Source: the human T2T-CHM13v2.0 reference genome, Homo sapiens. Taken from it: 64,000 bases of DNA. Shown here in pieces: positions 44,594-61,410 of this stretch (positions are counted from its first letter, which is position 1; each line of letters starts with the position of its first letter). The translations under genes were made by a program, and so were the position numbers. The stretch lies in assembly GCF_009914755.1 (NCBI RefSeq), contig NC_060925.1; one strand, 5' to 3'. The notes beneath the pieces are model-generated. The model made no database searches, had not been told where the DNA came from, and was given only the letters and a program-made list of their open reading frames with translations.

Positions 44594-45079
44594 CAACAAT
44601 AGAAGAACCTCAAATGAATATTGCTAAGTGAAAGAAGCCAATCTGAAAAGGCTATGTACTGTATGATTCCAACTACATAATCTTTGGGAAAAGGGAAAAC
44701 TGTGGAGACGGTGAAAAGATCAGTGGTTGCCAGGGTTTGAGAGGAATGAACAGGTGGAGCACAGAGGATTCTTGGGGCAGTGAAATTACTCCATGTGGTA
44801 ATATAATGGTAGGTATATGTCACTATACATTTGTCCAAACCCATACAGTGTACAACACCAAGAGGGGGAGCCCTAAGGAAAACAATAGACTAGTTGATAA
44901 TGATGTGTCAATGTAGGTTCATCAGTTGTAACAAATGTACCACTCTGGTGGGGGATGTTGATAATGGCGGAGGTTGTGGGGCGGGGTGGGCAGGAGGTAC
45001 ATGGGAATCTCTGTTCCTTCATCCCAGTTTTGTTCTGAACCTAAAACTTCTCTGAAAAAACAGTCTTAAAACATAAAAT
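44594..45079 (+). mobile_element. L1MC1-like 3' end
   Basis: gaaagaagccaatctgaaaaggcta...gatcagtggttgccaggg...gtaacaaatgtaccactctggtggggg...ctaaaact. TSD aagcttta at 44586-44593 and 45080-45087. Confidence 0.85.
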
Positions 45080-46779
45080 AAGCTTTATGTTCTCCATCTT
45101 TCCAGGAAACTGAGAGGCCCCCAAAACACCCAAACTGAGTGTTCTAGCTCCTGCCTGCCTGATCAACATTCTTATACTAACTTGAAGGGTTTGATAATGT
45201 TAATGTAAATTAAATCAACTCCTTCCTCACACAGCTACATTAAAGTACTTGATTAAGTCTACTATGACTTCTAAGAGCGCATTCTGGCTGCCAGTAAATG
45301 TTTTGAAATAAAAGGTTAAATTTAAAATTTTTTCTATTATTATTTTGTTGAATATCAATTTTAGTGAGATTCAAGGGCAAAGTAGTTGCCTGGCAGGAGT
45401 TAATGCATCCAAAGTAAGTAGTTTTGCTGAGAATATAGGTTTTCTCATTTATGACTTTGTATTTTAAAAATTGATAGTGTTTTTCTCAGGAAAACATCCC
45501 TGTTTTGGGCAGGAAGTATCTTATTTGACTGATAATACTTCAGATTCAGGATTTTTTGTTTGTTGATGCTCCTTTTAGAAAACTTAGAAACTATATAAAA
45601 TATAAATAACAAAACAAAATTAGCAAAATTTGAACAATCTCACTGTTAAAATTTGATATATTTCACTCATCTCCTCTTTCACTCTCCCTTCCTTTAACTT
45701 ATCTCACTCTTTTTTTGTTTCAAATGAAAGTTATATGGGATATTTTACATTTTACTTTTTTCAGACATTATATCATGAGTATTTCTCTAAGGAATGAATA
45801 CCAATAACATTATTGGTAAAATGTCACATATGGACCCAAATTTATTTCATTAACTCCTACTGACTATTAAATGATTTATTCCCTCTAAACTGGAAATTTT
45901 GAATAGATGTGATAATTTCTCCAGAGCAATGCGTTCTTGAGAAAGATCATTTTCTGGAAAAAGATAGTTCTTTTTCATAATCACCAGCAAAATTTTAAAT
46001 ATTTATATGCTGATATTTTCATGAGCTTTCTGTAATATACAAGGCAAACATGTAAAACAACTGTGAAAGTGTAGGCAACATATAAAAAAATTGTTCTTTG
46101 GTGTTTAAGGTAAAGTGTAAATAATGTTAATTTCATGGTAATAAATACTGACAGATTTTTTTTGTTATTTTTGATTTGGATGTCTCAATTGACTGCAAGT
46201 TTGATGTTGCCTCAGTTTACTACAGACTTCTGACAAAGATGCTTATTTTCATGACCAGTCGGTCATGAGCTTCCCAAGTGGCCATCTCTTGGCTTTGTGG
46301 TTTTAGTGAAATCCAAGTCAGCTCCACTGAGCTGTTCACATGACTGAATGCCAGAAGATAGACATGAAATACAATATCCTGTTCTGGAAAAATAAACCAC
46401 CCAAAGGACCTGTGTGTCTTTCCTTATTTCTTTTTATTTATAACTTAAGAACTAAAATTTAAACAAGAAGCAGCATTTTGAATTCAGAACTGAAACAATA
46501 CAGACTTCTAGAAATGAATAATTAAATTACCTAGGTTCATAGCGCAGTCAAGTGTGTTATATTTGTGTTGCTTTTCTAATGTGCGACTATTTCTACTTTT
46601 TATTTATTTCAAACATATCTGAGCACTTTGGAACTAACAGCAAGTAGATTTTTGTTTGTTTATTTTGTCACCATCATCACCATTCTATGGGGAACTGACA
46701 TGGCATATTTCTGATAGAAATGGGAGTCTATTTAAAAATATTCTGTGCTTACTGTGAGACTTAGATGATAGGATATTTT

Positions 46780-46990
46780 TGTTAACTCACATGTCCTGAG
46801 TACTTGGCTTTATGCTTCAGCTTGTTTAATACTCTGAATAACCCTGACAAGGTCTCTTCTAAAGATGAGGAATCTGAGGCTAAAAGAGTTGCCCAAATGG
46901 TTTAAGATGCTAGTAAGTGGTTAAACAAGATTGGAGCTCAAGCTGTCTCCTTCAAAGGCTATGTGTATAACCACTAAACTTATTAACCCA
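46780..46990 (-). mobile_element. MIR
   Basis: aataaccctg...aaagatgaggaatctgaggct...ctagtaagtgg. Confidence 0.65.
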
Positions 46991-47329
46991 GACAAAAGCA
47001 ATCTCCTCTTTCTCTAAACTCTTGTGGCTTTGTTTGTACCACACGTATCTCACACAGTCTGTTTGTCATTAATTTGTTATGTTTACCTTCTGACTAAATC
47101 ATAGGCTTTTTGGGGTCAGAGAATTCTCAAATTGTGTAACCCTGTAAATATACCCTCTCTGCAAGCTACACAATGCCTTCTGATAAGATACTAATAAACA
47201 CTCAGGTATTAATATCCTACGCTAAGCTCTGGTTAGATTATCGGGGAGAATGGACACTATATTGGTTGTAGGCATAACCACAATTGAAACTATGAAGACT
47301 TTTGGAGTTTTCATGGGGAAGGGGCTCAC

Positions 47330-47500
47330 TTTTATTGCATGTCTACTATATGTATTACTTTACATACTCTGTACCATTCAATTCTAAGCAATCTGTCAGA
47401 ATCTTACAGATAAAGAAACTGAGGTTCAGAGAGATTAAATAACTTGCCATAGTAACTAGCAAAACCAGAACTGGTATTCATGATTGTTTTATTCGATAGC
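47330..47500 (-). mobile_element. MIR
   Basis: ttacagataaagaaactgaggttcagagagattaaataacttgcc. Confidence 0.7.
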
Positions 47501-48709
47501 CTGTGGTTTTTTCAAACTTTTTTATTCCATCAGAGCAATATATTTATTTTGTTAAAACACTAAAATAGTATAGAAATCTTTCTGAGCAAGAGTTAACACT
47601 AAGGTTAACTCTATTATTGCGGCCAAAGATAGAGAAAGAAATAAGTGGAGCATTGATATCTAATGATTACTATAATGGCTGATGTACTCCTTAAGGAAAG
47701 AGTTTTATTGCCATCATTATATTAGATTTTAATATAATAGAAAGTAAAAACAAGAAATTGTTCAGAATGTTGTTAAGACTCAATAAATACTTATTGAACA
47801 TCTATGTGTTAGGAACTATGCTAGTTGTTTACACAGATATTAGCCAAACAGAAACGCTGAGGAGGGGTACTTCCAAGTGTATTTTACACAAAGCATACAC
47901 CAAAGCTGAGAGTTAAGTAACTTGTCCAAATTCACACCACTAATAATGTAGAAGTAGTATAATAGCAAAGGTCTTCACTTTAAATTCAGTGCTTTTTCTA
48001 TTATGTCTGGTTTTAGTGCTGTATTTAGGGGGTAACTTTTAAAAAATTTAATAAAACTTTATTTTGAAAGAAGGAATGATTTGTGCAGTGCTTTCTTCGT
48101 TTCGGATGCCAAGAAAGTATGGTAGCAAGTGCTAACTTCTATTTGTAAATGTGTCTGAAATATTGTGTGTCTGGAGTTTTCATAAATGTAGCAAGCTCAA
48201 AAAGTACATGAAATAATGATAATCAATTCTGCCCAAAACAAAGAATTTGTAATCTTACTCTCAAATTGTTTGTCACTTGAATTCTTGTCTGTTTGTCATT
48301 ATATTTATGTTACCTTTATTCAAAGTTTACATTTTAGGTAGGGGGTATATCAACATTCTTCATCTTTGTCAAATTCATTGGCAGGCAAATTTATGGTAGT
48401 GTTTGGCCAGTTGCTTAGGGGACAAAACCAAACAGCATATTGATTGTGTTATGTTGGGCTTTGTGGTTTTACAGCTTAGGAAATCCAGTTCTTGTTTAAT
48501 AGCATGCAACCATTTCTGTTCTAAAAGGTTTTTCTCTTACATATTACTAGTGGTTTAAAAAAGTATTTGGAGGAGACGAAAGAAATTTAGATTCCAAAAC
48601 AAAGAAATAATACAATCTAATCAGGGATTATTTTGTTTCTATAAAAACTAAATATTTAAAAGTTATCTTGGGAGAATGAGAATTTATTTGAGTGGGGTTC
48701 AGAGTAAAG

Positions 48710-48840
48710 ACAAATCTGGGCTGTGCTATTCATTTGTAAAATGAAGATAATACCCAACTTGCAGGGCTATTTTGAGGCATATACAATAAAGTAGTTTTAT
48801 GTGTTTTACAGTGCCAGACACAAAGTAGATGGTTATTATT
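48710..48840 (+). mobile_element. MIR
   Basis: catttgtaaaatgaagataatacc...acagtgccagacaca. Confidence 0.6.
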
Positions 48841-49594
48841 GTTTCCTTGTATTTCCAATTCAATTCCTGAATGTATAAAACATGGATTTTGAGGATATTC
48901 GATTAAGACAAAAATTAAAGAATTTAGGATAGAATGTCTGATTTGAATGTGGTAGTTTAAAGTCACATTATCACCTCATCTTCGCAGAAATTATCCAAAG
49001 CAACAAGGTAAATGAAAAACAGAAATTTAAACAACCATATTTGGTGATGCTAAAAGACTGCTAAACTCCAGATCCTCCCAAAGGAGGAATGTCTTCCCAA
49101 GGCAGTAGACGTTGTAGATTAGGATGAGGAGATGGAAAACAGTGGAGGCAGTGCAACAGCTGTGCAGCTACGAGACAGCCATTTATGAAGATGAGGGATA
49201 CACACTGAGATGCAATTTCTGAGCTCCATTATTATAACAGGACAAACTAGGTGCACCAACTTTCTCAGACCCAGTTGGTTCTGAGCAGTAAAAAAGATGG
49301 GCCAACCACATGAAAACATAGACCAGTCTTCATTGGTTGAGCAAACAGCCAGTCTTCATTGCAGTAGAGAAAGGATAGTTTACATTAAGAAAACCATCTC
49401 AACTACCATGTCCATTGATTGAGGAAGTGTAAAAAGGAAATAAATACACAATCAAAATCCTACATCACAGGAAAAATTGCCCTTAGCCTGGAATATGTCT
49501 CCATTCCCTTCGCCACATGAACTTCCAACAAATAGCTGGTACAGAAAAAACTCACCAGTTTCAATACTATATGATACCAAAAAGGATTAGCCTA

Positions 49595-50365
<771 letters not shown>

Positions 50366-51917
50366 TTATGTCACAAAATAAATATTTAAAGATATAAATT
50401 AAGATAATTTCCCTAAGTTAAGGAAGACTTGAATTTACATGTTGAAAGGCATACTAAATCCAATGGAAATTGCCCCAGTGCCATAAACATAAAAACATAT
50501 CCAAGTAAAATTCAGAGATAATGAAAGACTCCCTTGGGTGGCCAAGAAGAATGTCTCTTGTAGGAGAAATAGATTAATGTGATCTTGAACTACTTTAGAA
50601 CACACTGAATGCTAGAAAATAATGGAGCAAAATCTATGTGTTGAGTGTGACTCAAGAATTTTATAACCAGCAAAAATGTTGTTCAAATACAGAGGCAATA
50701 GCAAACAATTTTGAACACGCACAACTTAGGGAATATTGTTTACATGAAATATCAGGAAATTTTTAGAAGAAAAGTTAAGCAAGAGGTGTCTAAAAAGTAT
50801 ACAACAAAAATACTAACCATGAGCATTGGATTTATGCAATTCTTTGACTAAGACTAAAATATGGGGATTAGGGTAACAGAACAGACTGTAATGCAAATTG
50901 TACTGATAATAAAAGTAATAAGCCTTATAAAAATGGATAAAACAGGGAAAGAAAGTGGAAGCATAGTAAATACATGTATTTTAAATGCAAATTTAAAATA
51001 AGTGAGGGTCATGGTCTTGATGTTAAACAAAACAAAAATAACACTTTATAAAGATTGAGACATTCACAGTGAAAATAAAGCAGTGAAATGTATCTATGTA
51101 CTAACAACATCAACATTCATAGAACAAAACAATAACAGAAGATATAGAAACATATTAGAGTAAGAGACTTGAATTTTCTTCCATAGTTGATGACAGATAG
51201 AAGACAGAAATATCTACATCTATAGAAGACCTGGTTAATATAATTAATACACATCTAACTGATGTATAGAACATTGTTTCCTGAAAACACAATACTTCTT
51301 TTCAAGTAGCCATGGAGTGTTAACAAGAGTCAATCCTATACAGCACCACAAGGAAAAGTGCACTCATCACAATGAAATAAAACTAGAAATTAATAACAAG
51401 GGAGGTAAATTTTTTAAAAACTTCATCAAATTTAAAAATCTCTCTTAAACTCATGTCAAACAGGAAACCCAACCTAAATTTTCTAAAATTTAGAAAACAA
51501 AGGTAATATAAACATGACATATCAGAATCTATGGGATATAGATAAAACTCTCAGAAGAAAAGTATACCCTTAGTACTCTGAGTAGTGAATTAGGAAGTAA
51601 GAAGAAAACAACAAAATTAACCTATGCAAAGCAAAATGAAGTAATAAAGCAGAAATAGATGAATTAGAGATAAAAAGAAGTACTTCTTCTTTGGGAAACT
51701 AAACTATTAGTTAATAAAATAAAATGTACAGTACACAAATACACCATGTAAAAAAGGATCATAGGGAAACTATCTTGAAATGCTGAAAATTTAGTCATAA
51801 AAGATTTTGTTTACTAAACTCAAGGTGAACAATTTGAAAAATTGAATAAGATGGTTAAATTTCTTGAGAGAGATGATTTTCTAAAAGACTCCAAAGCATA
51901 CAGAAAATACAATTGAA

Positions 51918-53592
<1,675 letters not shown>

Positions 53593-54366
53593 CTATATTA
53601 ACTGAAAAAAACAAAACATAAATCTATGCCCCCACTATCATCAAAAGCACAAAGCCCTGATGATTTTATAAGGGAATTGAACCAAAACTTCAAAAACTTG
53701 ATAACATTAATAACATTTAAACTCTTTCAGGGAACAGGTAAATGATGTGAGCATGATATTGACATCAAAATTTAATAACATTTTCAAAGAAAACTTTAGA
53801 TCTTTCATATTCATGTTCATGCAAATAATTATAAAAATCCTACGTAAAATGTTGCCAAACAATTTAGCACATGTTAAAAGAATAAACATCCTGATTAAAG
53901 GTGTTTATTTCAGGGGCATGATGATAGGTCAATCAAAGGAAATTATTAACATATCTAAGGGAAGAACACATGATTATATTAATATATATAAAAGGCATTT
54001 AACAAAATTAGTGTTAAGGCTTGATTTAATTTAAATAAAAACCCCAAATCTATTAACAGGGAATAGATATATATTTTCATAACCTGATAAAATGTATCTG
54101 TTTCAATCTCAAATCCAGTATCATCCTTAGCGGGGAAACACTAGAAGCACTTGATAATTTTAGGAACAAAACAGTAATTCCACTATCATTACATTAAGCA
54201 TTGTTCAGGAGTACTAGCCAATGCAATTAGATAAAAGAAAGAAATTAGAGATATAAAAGTAGAAAAACATTTACAGTTTCTATGATTGTGTATCTGAAAA
54301 GCTGAAAAGTCTTAGAAACAGTAAAAAATTCAGTAGAGTAGTGAATGAAAAAATATTTAAAAATCA

Positions 54367-55086
<720 letters not shown>

Positions 55087-55689
55087 TTAAAACATATTAT
55101 TAAGCCTCAATTATTAAGACAATTTGGTTCTGAGCATGAAGGTAAAGATTAGTGGATTAGTATATAGAATACATATGTGAATCATAGTGGTTTGTAATGT
55201 CAATGGAAAAAATGGGTTTTTCCATAAATAACGAGAAGCCAACTAGGTAGCCATCTGGAAAAAAAGAGGTTCCATACCTTATGCCTTAGACTAGGATAAA
55301 TTCCAAATGCATCATAAATGTAAATGTACATCATAAACCATAAATATACTTGAAGACATCATGAGAGAATTCTATACAACTTTAGAGGGAAGAAGGCTTT
55401 CTCAACTGTGATAAAAATCAGGACCACAAGAAAAAGATTAATAAAGTTTACTTACTACCTAAAAGAAAGCTATTTCTGCATGGCCAAAATTGCTATAAGA
55501 AACTTCAAACTGGAGGAAAGTTTTTGCAACTTACATTACAGACAAAATCTAATTTACTTAATTTATAAAGAGCTTCTACAAATTGGCACAAAATAACCAA
55601 CAACCCAGTAAAAGTGGATGGAGACTGTAGACATTCATTTTATACAAGAGAAATTCAATAGATATCTTCCATTGTTACAGTAAGCACCC

Positions 55690-55900
55690 CCTCTTCTCAT
55701 TATTTCTGTCTTAATAGCCTTCTTATTTCTATAGTAGCATTTATTTCAACTTGTTATTTTGTCTCTTTGCTTTACTTGTTTTATTCTTCATTTTCTCTCT
55801 AAGATTGTGAATTTATTGGAGAAAAGGATTATGTCTTTTTCTTCCACAGTTGTGCCAAGCACAGTGCTGTCAAATACGAGGCATCTGATAATGTTCGATT
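55690..55900 (+). mobile_element. L2 3' end
   Basis: ctaagattgtgaa...gtgccaagcacagtgctg. Confidence 0.55.
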
Positions 55901-56862
55901 CTATTCCAGGTTGTTCTCTTCCTCCACCAGAAAAATACCTTCTAAATAGTGTTCCTTATCACTTCTATCAAACACATTCAGCTTTTTTATACTAAACTGT
56001 ATAGATGGGCAGACATTTACATTATTAAGAAGACATCATATAAATTTACCAAGTAACTGGGCTATATACAATGTGAACTGTGTAATTAGGCTTTAAATAG
56101 TCAACTTCAAGTACAGGGCATGATTAGCTAGCAGGGACTTAAAAATTATAAAAAAGTGTCAGAAGTAGTGTGTTTGCCAGTGAAGATCTTACATTTTTTT
56201 AGTTGATTTTTTGGCAGAGTCTTCATTGATAACTTCTTCAGAGTTTTGAACTCAATTTCAATTGCTTTGAATTTTCTTCATTCTTTTATCTGTCTCTTTG
56301 ATTTTTATGATTAAATACCATGATGAGATTCATAGGCAGCATTAGAGACAATATATGAATGACTTCAAAAGTTCTATTAATGTCTATTATTTCTCTCATA
56401 CTTTTTAGGATTAAGTACCATAATTATAATATTTTAAGGATTTTATATTACTTAGTATTTTCTTTTTCTTAATTGTTTTTTCCTGACAGCCATACTCTTT
56501 TCCAATTTCTTCAGATATCACATTTTTCATTTCCTTAATTATTACTTAAATGTTAGCCTCTTCTAAAGTTGGTTATTTATGTATCTGTGCATTTCTTATT
56601 ATACACACATATACATAAACCCACTTATATTTTCTGTTTTGCAAATTAAACTACAGATTTTTGAACACAGAGACTGCACTTTATAAATTGCTATAGTGAC
56701 TATTTTAAAGTAGTGATTTCTGTATATTGTTCAAAATTGTCTCTTTCTATAACTCCACTGTCATTAAACAGTGAGGGTCACTGTCTAAGTTCTGGAGATT
56801 CAAAATGTCACAGTTGCTATCATCGGAGTAGTTTATAATCTAGTTTGGGAGAATGTATAAGT

Positions 56863-57447
56863 GAATGTAGCTATCTACTGTTGCATAAAAAAGTATTCCA
56901 AAACTTAGTGCTATTTAATAAAATAAACATTTATTATTTGCCAGTTTTTATGGGCCAGGAGCCCTAGCACTACTGAGCTGGGTCCTCTGGCTCAGAGTCT
57001 CTTACAAGTCTATAATTAAAATACTGATTGGACCTTGTGGTCCTTGCAAAACTTGACTGAAAAAGGATCCACTTCCAAGCTACTCACATGGTTGTTGGCA
57101 GGATTGAGTTCCTCTTGAGCTATTGGACTGAGGGCCTCAGGTACATGTTGGCTGCCCTCAGTTTCTTGTTATATGGGTCTCCATAGGGTAACAGGGTAGC
57201 TCACATGGCTGGTTCACATGACTGGTTTTCATCAGAGAGCAAGAGAGGGTATGCAAGAATGCAAGACAGAAACTATGGTCTCTTTATAACTTAATCTTGG
57301 TAGTGACATCTCATCATCTTTGCTCTATTCTTTTTTTAGAAGCAGGGCATTACGTCCAGCCTATAGCCAAGAGGAGGGGATTACACAAGAGTATGAATAC
57401 CAGGATGTGGGGATAATTGCAGGCCGTTTTAGAGGATGCTTGCCACA
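56863..57447 (-). mobile_element. MaLR LTR, MLT1F-like
   Basis: agctatctactgttgcata...gctgggtcctctggctcag...gttggcaggatt...gaataccagga...cttgccaca. Confidence 0.8.
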
Positions 57448-59330
57448 TTTGATAAATACTGAACAGACAGCTAAGACATATCCTTAAGATAAATCAGTTG
57501 AGTGAGCTCTAATTCAGAAGAGTGAGACATTCAGGAGGCTTTCCCAAAACAAATTGAGACCCAAGTTGAATCTTGAAGTAAGATGTGATAAGTAAATGGG
57601 GAAAATAGCCTCTTATATAGAAAAAATATAAATAAAAATGTAGAGATGGGCATTTTTCTAGATTATGTTGGAAACAGTGACAGATAACATAACTTGACGA
57701 CAGTATTATTTTCATCTCCCTTTCAGTGTCTGCTAATTGTTATGAATGGATATCTGTAAAACACAGGTCAATTACTGCATTTTGGTTTGAGTACAGATCA
57801 TACAACAAAGAAACAATCTCTGCCTTTTAGAATTCAGGTTTTAAAGGAAGACTTGATAATAATCAGTTAAGAAGAATGTGCTTCAGAGTGAAGAGGAGAA
57901 GCATGGGAATTGGGAGCCAGAGGTATTGAAACCCTGTGTGTGCTATCAGTTGGTATGGGTGCACTGATCACAGTGATACCAGAGAATGGCACAGAATGTC
58001 TCTTGTTTCTCTTCTGTAGTTTTTGGAAAGTTTTGGATATGTGCCACAGCTCATTGGTATTTGTGTAGAGACACATGCCTCTCTCTTCAATTGCCGCAGT
58101 GCATTGGTGACTTGTAAGGGGAGGGGGTGGGATGGCTCAAATGTGGATGCTTTCCTATTATCAAGTATCAGCATGATGTATGTATTCTGTCTTGGGCTGA
58201 AATGCCTTTGGAGAAGATTCAGACTGGAACAAAATAATTAACTTCATTGACCTTACAGAGACTAGGATAATTTCTAAATCTAGGATGCTTTTAGTTACCA
58301 ACTAAAGTGAAGACTCTGAACTTCTTCATATTAGAAGTATTTAAATTTAAAATGGGCATTTACACTGATGATCCAGTATTATTTTCAGTATTTACAATTA
58401 TATTGGATATTTCATATTTTAAATATTTCTTCTATGAAGAGAAAAAAGCAAGACAGACATTTGTACATAAATAGGCATACATAATTGCAACAGTATATAT
58501 AGAAAATATAAATAATATACAGAAAAAAAGAACCAAAATTGGGCTGTGGTAGATTTCAGTGTTAGAAGTCTGAACAGTGTTTCATTTCACTCAATGAAAA
58601 GGAATTCTTTGTATATTCAATAAAGACTAACAGTAGGAAGATGACATTGCTAAGACTTGTGCACTTAAAAGAGACGAAAGCTTGAAGTGAGAGGATTGAA
58701 AAAGAATACCATATCCTGACAATGACTGTTTTGATTAGACTCGAAATACTTAAAATATTTCACCTCACAACATTAACAGATAATGTCTTAAATTAATGCT
58801 TTCCTTGTTATCTTGCCTAATGCTCAGAAATATTTCTGTGCTCTTTTTCCAGTGACCATTATAAGCAAATTAATAACCACACAGCCAAAATGCATGAACA
58901 CAACATGAAGCTTGTATGTGATCAGGTGAAATTCCTCTTTTTTTTCTTAGATTATAAAACAGTACAATAAGTTGAAAATTTTGAAAAATAGAAAATACTC
59001 ATTCTATTTGTTCCAAACATTAATTTTTACTCTGGTGTTACCTTTCAGCACTTGTCCTTATGCACATGTGTCTTTGCAAATAATTGCAATTAATTATATA
59101 TACAATTCTGTGTTTTGCCTTTTTATTTATTATATAATAAACATTGGCTTATTTTTCTCCATGGAACAATAATTTAGTTGATTCCTAATATTATTTAGAG
59201 AATTATATGTTTTTAACCATTTCTCCATTTTGACTTTATTGATATTCTAAAAATGTTCGTGTCCTTTTATTTCCAGTGAATTATAACAAAGAGCGAAATG
59301 ACTTTATCATAAGGTACTTTTGTTTAGACC

Positions 59331-59689
59331 TTTATTTTAGGTTCAGGGGTACATGTGCAGGTTTGTTTTTAGGTAAATGGCATGTAGTGGGTGTACAGAT
59401 TATTTCATCACCCGGGTGATAAGCATAGTACCCAACAGGTAGTTTTTCAAACCTCACCCTCTTCCCACCCTCCACCTTCAAGTAGACCTGGTGTCTATTC
59501 TTACCTTCTTGGTGTCCATATGTATTCAATGTTTAGCTCCCACTTGTAAGTGAGAACATTCAGTACTTGGTTTCTGTTCCTGTGTTAGTTTGCTTAGGCT
59601 AATGGCCTCTAGCTCCATCCATGTTGCTGTAAAAACATGATCTTGTCCTTTTTTATGACTGCATGGTATTCTATGGTGTATATTCCATG

Positions 59690-59722
<33 letters not shown>

Positions 59723-59845
59723 AAATATATATATAAATATATATATATGTGTCACATTTTCTTTATCCAGTCTACTGTTGATGGGCATTTAGGTTGATTC
59801 CATGTCTTGGCAATTGTGAATAGTGCTGTGATGAACATATATGTA
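59331..59845 (-). mobile_element. L1PA15/16-like 3' end containing a (TG)n(TA)n tract
   Basis: ttaggttcaggggtacatgtgcagg...gataagcatagtaccc...tttagctcccacttgtaagtgagaac. Microsatellite at about 59690-59750. Confidence 0.85.
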
Positions 59846-60559
59846 TCACAAAATACGTTTAAGACTTGTAATACATGTAACTGTAATAAATTTCACAGAT
59901 GTTGTAACCATTCACAATCTTACCAACAGTACAAATATTCCAGGTTTATCATGACACTAGTTTGAGTAATAATCTTTCAAAAAAGTTTTCTTTCTTACAC
60001 AGTATACTTCAAATTTGCTGAAGTTTGCATCTCTTTCACTATGACTAAATGTGAGCTTTGTTCCCGTTGTTTTTTTGCTATCTTTTTTTAGAGTTTTCCT
60101 TTCATGTAGTGTTTGGTATTTTATTTTTTTCTTATGAAGTTGAACAATCTCTTCAGATATCATAGGTTTTAATCTATTTTAATTGTTCATAAAAATTTAT
60201 GTATTTCAGATTTTAATTTTTATTTATTTTTGCTATATTTATTTCTGTCAGTATTTTCCTTTGTGATCTCTTATATTGCTTTGAAAAGTAGAATGTTATT
60301 TTTATATCGATCTGATATATATTCTTTTATATAAACATGGTTTTTCTCTCTTCATTAAGAAAAAAAACTCTTAGATTTTTCAGTAGAGAGTACTATTTAA
60401 CCCAATGTCATGATAAACCTGGAACAAACATACTATTTTAGGATAATACAGTAAATGGTTCCTCTTTTAATATTCCTTAATCTGCTTTGTATTTGTCTTT
60501 TCTGGTTAGCTGTAGGCACCATCTGGGATCAGCCAGGAAACAGGAAACAGGAATTGTGT

Positions 60560-61410
60560 AATTTGAGTGAATTTACATACCAGTCAAATGCTCTGATATT
60601 TGCATTTTAAAACTAGCATTGCACACAATGAGGGATAGTAAAACTCTTGCTAGTAAATTAAGCCAGACTTCAGAGAGCTGGCATCTAGAAGAGAAGATCC
60701 TCCAGGCATGGAGACTGAGAGGGAGGTCCCTGGGCATCTGGATACTTCTTAGGCAAATACAGACCCACGTGGGCATCAGAAGGTTCTTCCTCACGATATA
60801 GGTTGTGCTTCACCTCTAGGCAGCCTGGTTTGCCAGATTCCCCTTCCCACCAGCACAAGCCCCAGGCTTTGTGCTCTTGGCAGGTCCATTTGAAGCAGAC
60901 ATCCCCTCTTTCCATGGGCCAGCCACCACAACTCTTGACAGACAGGCGACCCCCAGGGATCTGTAAGCCTCAGCGCTGAGGTGTGCTTGGTAGCTGGGTT
61001 GCAAGTGCATGTAAAGCTTGCCCCACTGAGACTTGGCCTCTGGCCTCTACTAGTGTGTTGTGGTGCTGCCAGCCTGGAGAGGGGTTTGCCACCTCCATGC
61101 CCCACTCAAAGATGGTGCTGGGCATTATACCCCCCAGTCTCAACCTTTCTTGTTCCCATATACAGATTCCTATTGGGGAACCTGTAGGAGCAGAGATGGG
61201 GCTACTGAGTTGGGCCTGGGCATCTAGGAGTGGGAGAGCAGGTAGCAGAGAATCTTGTGGTGGTGGGAGGTGGGAACATGCATGAGCCAAGGTCAATCAT
61301 CCCATTGAACTTCACTTACAAAACACAAATCCAAAAGAAAAAAAATATTTCCCTACAGTGACTGCAAAGCATTAGACCCCAAGGTGAAAAGCTGTTGAGA
61401 GCAGGACATT
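60560..61410. mobile_element. hAT-Tip100 family remnant (MER115/Zaphod/MER45-like)
   Basis: atttgcattttaaaactagcattgcaca near 60600 and cttcacttacaaaacacaaatcc...gcattagaccccaag near 61310-61385 resemble Tip100 consensus segments. GC-rich interior. Confidence 0.55.

Noticed and set aside
47589-47612. 9-bp hairpin agagttaac/gttaactct
   Set aside because: Isolated and AT-rich, with no context suggesting function.
56140-56400. Coding-looking minus-strand stretch ending at a gtaag donor
   Set aside because: It has stops in all frames and no pyrimidine-tract acceptor. It may be a decayed DNA-transposon coding remnant, but I cannot support that.
60573-61296. Cluster of overlapping ORFs on both strands
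   Set aside because: Explained by higher GC content (fewer stop codons) within a hAT-Tip100-like remnant; no recognisable domain.
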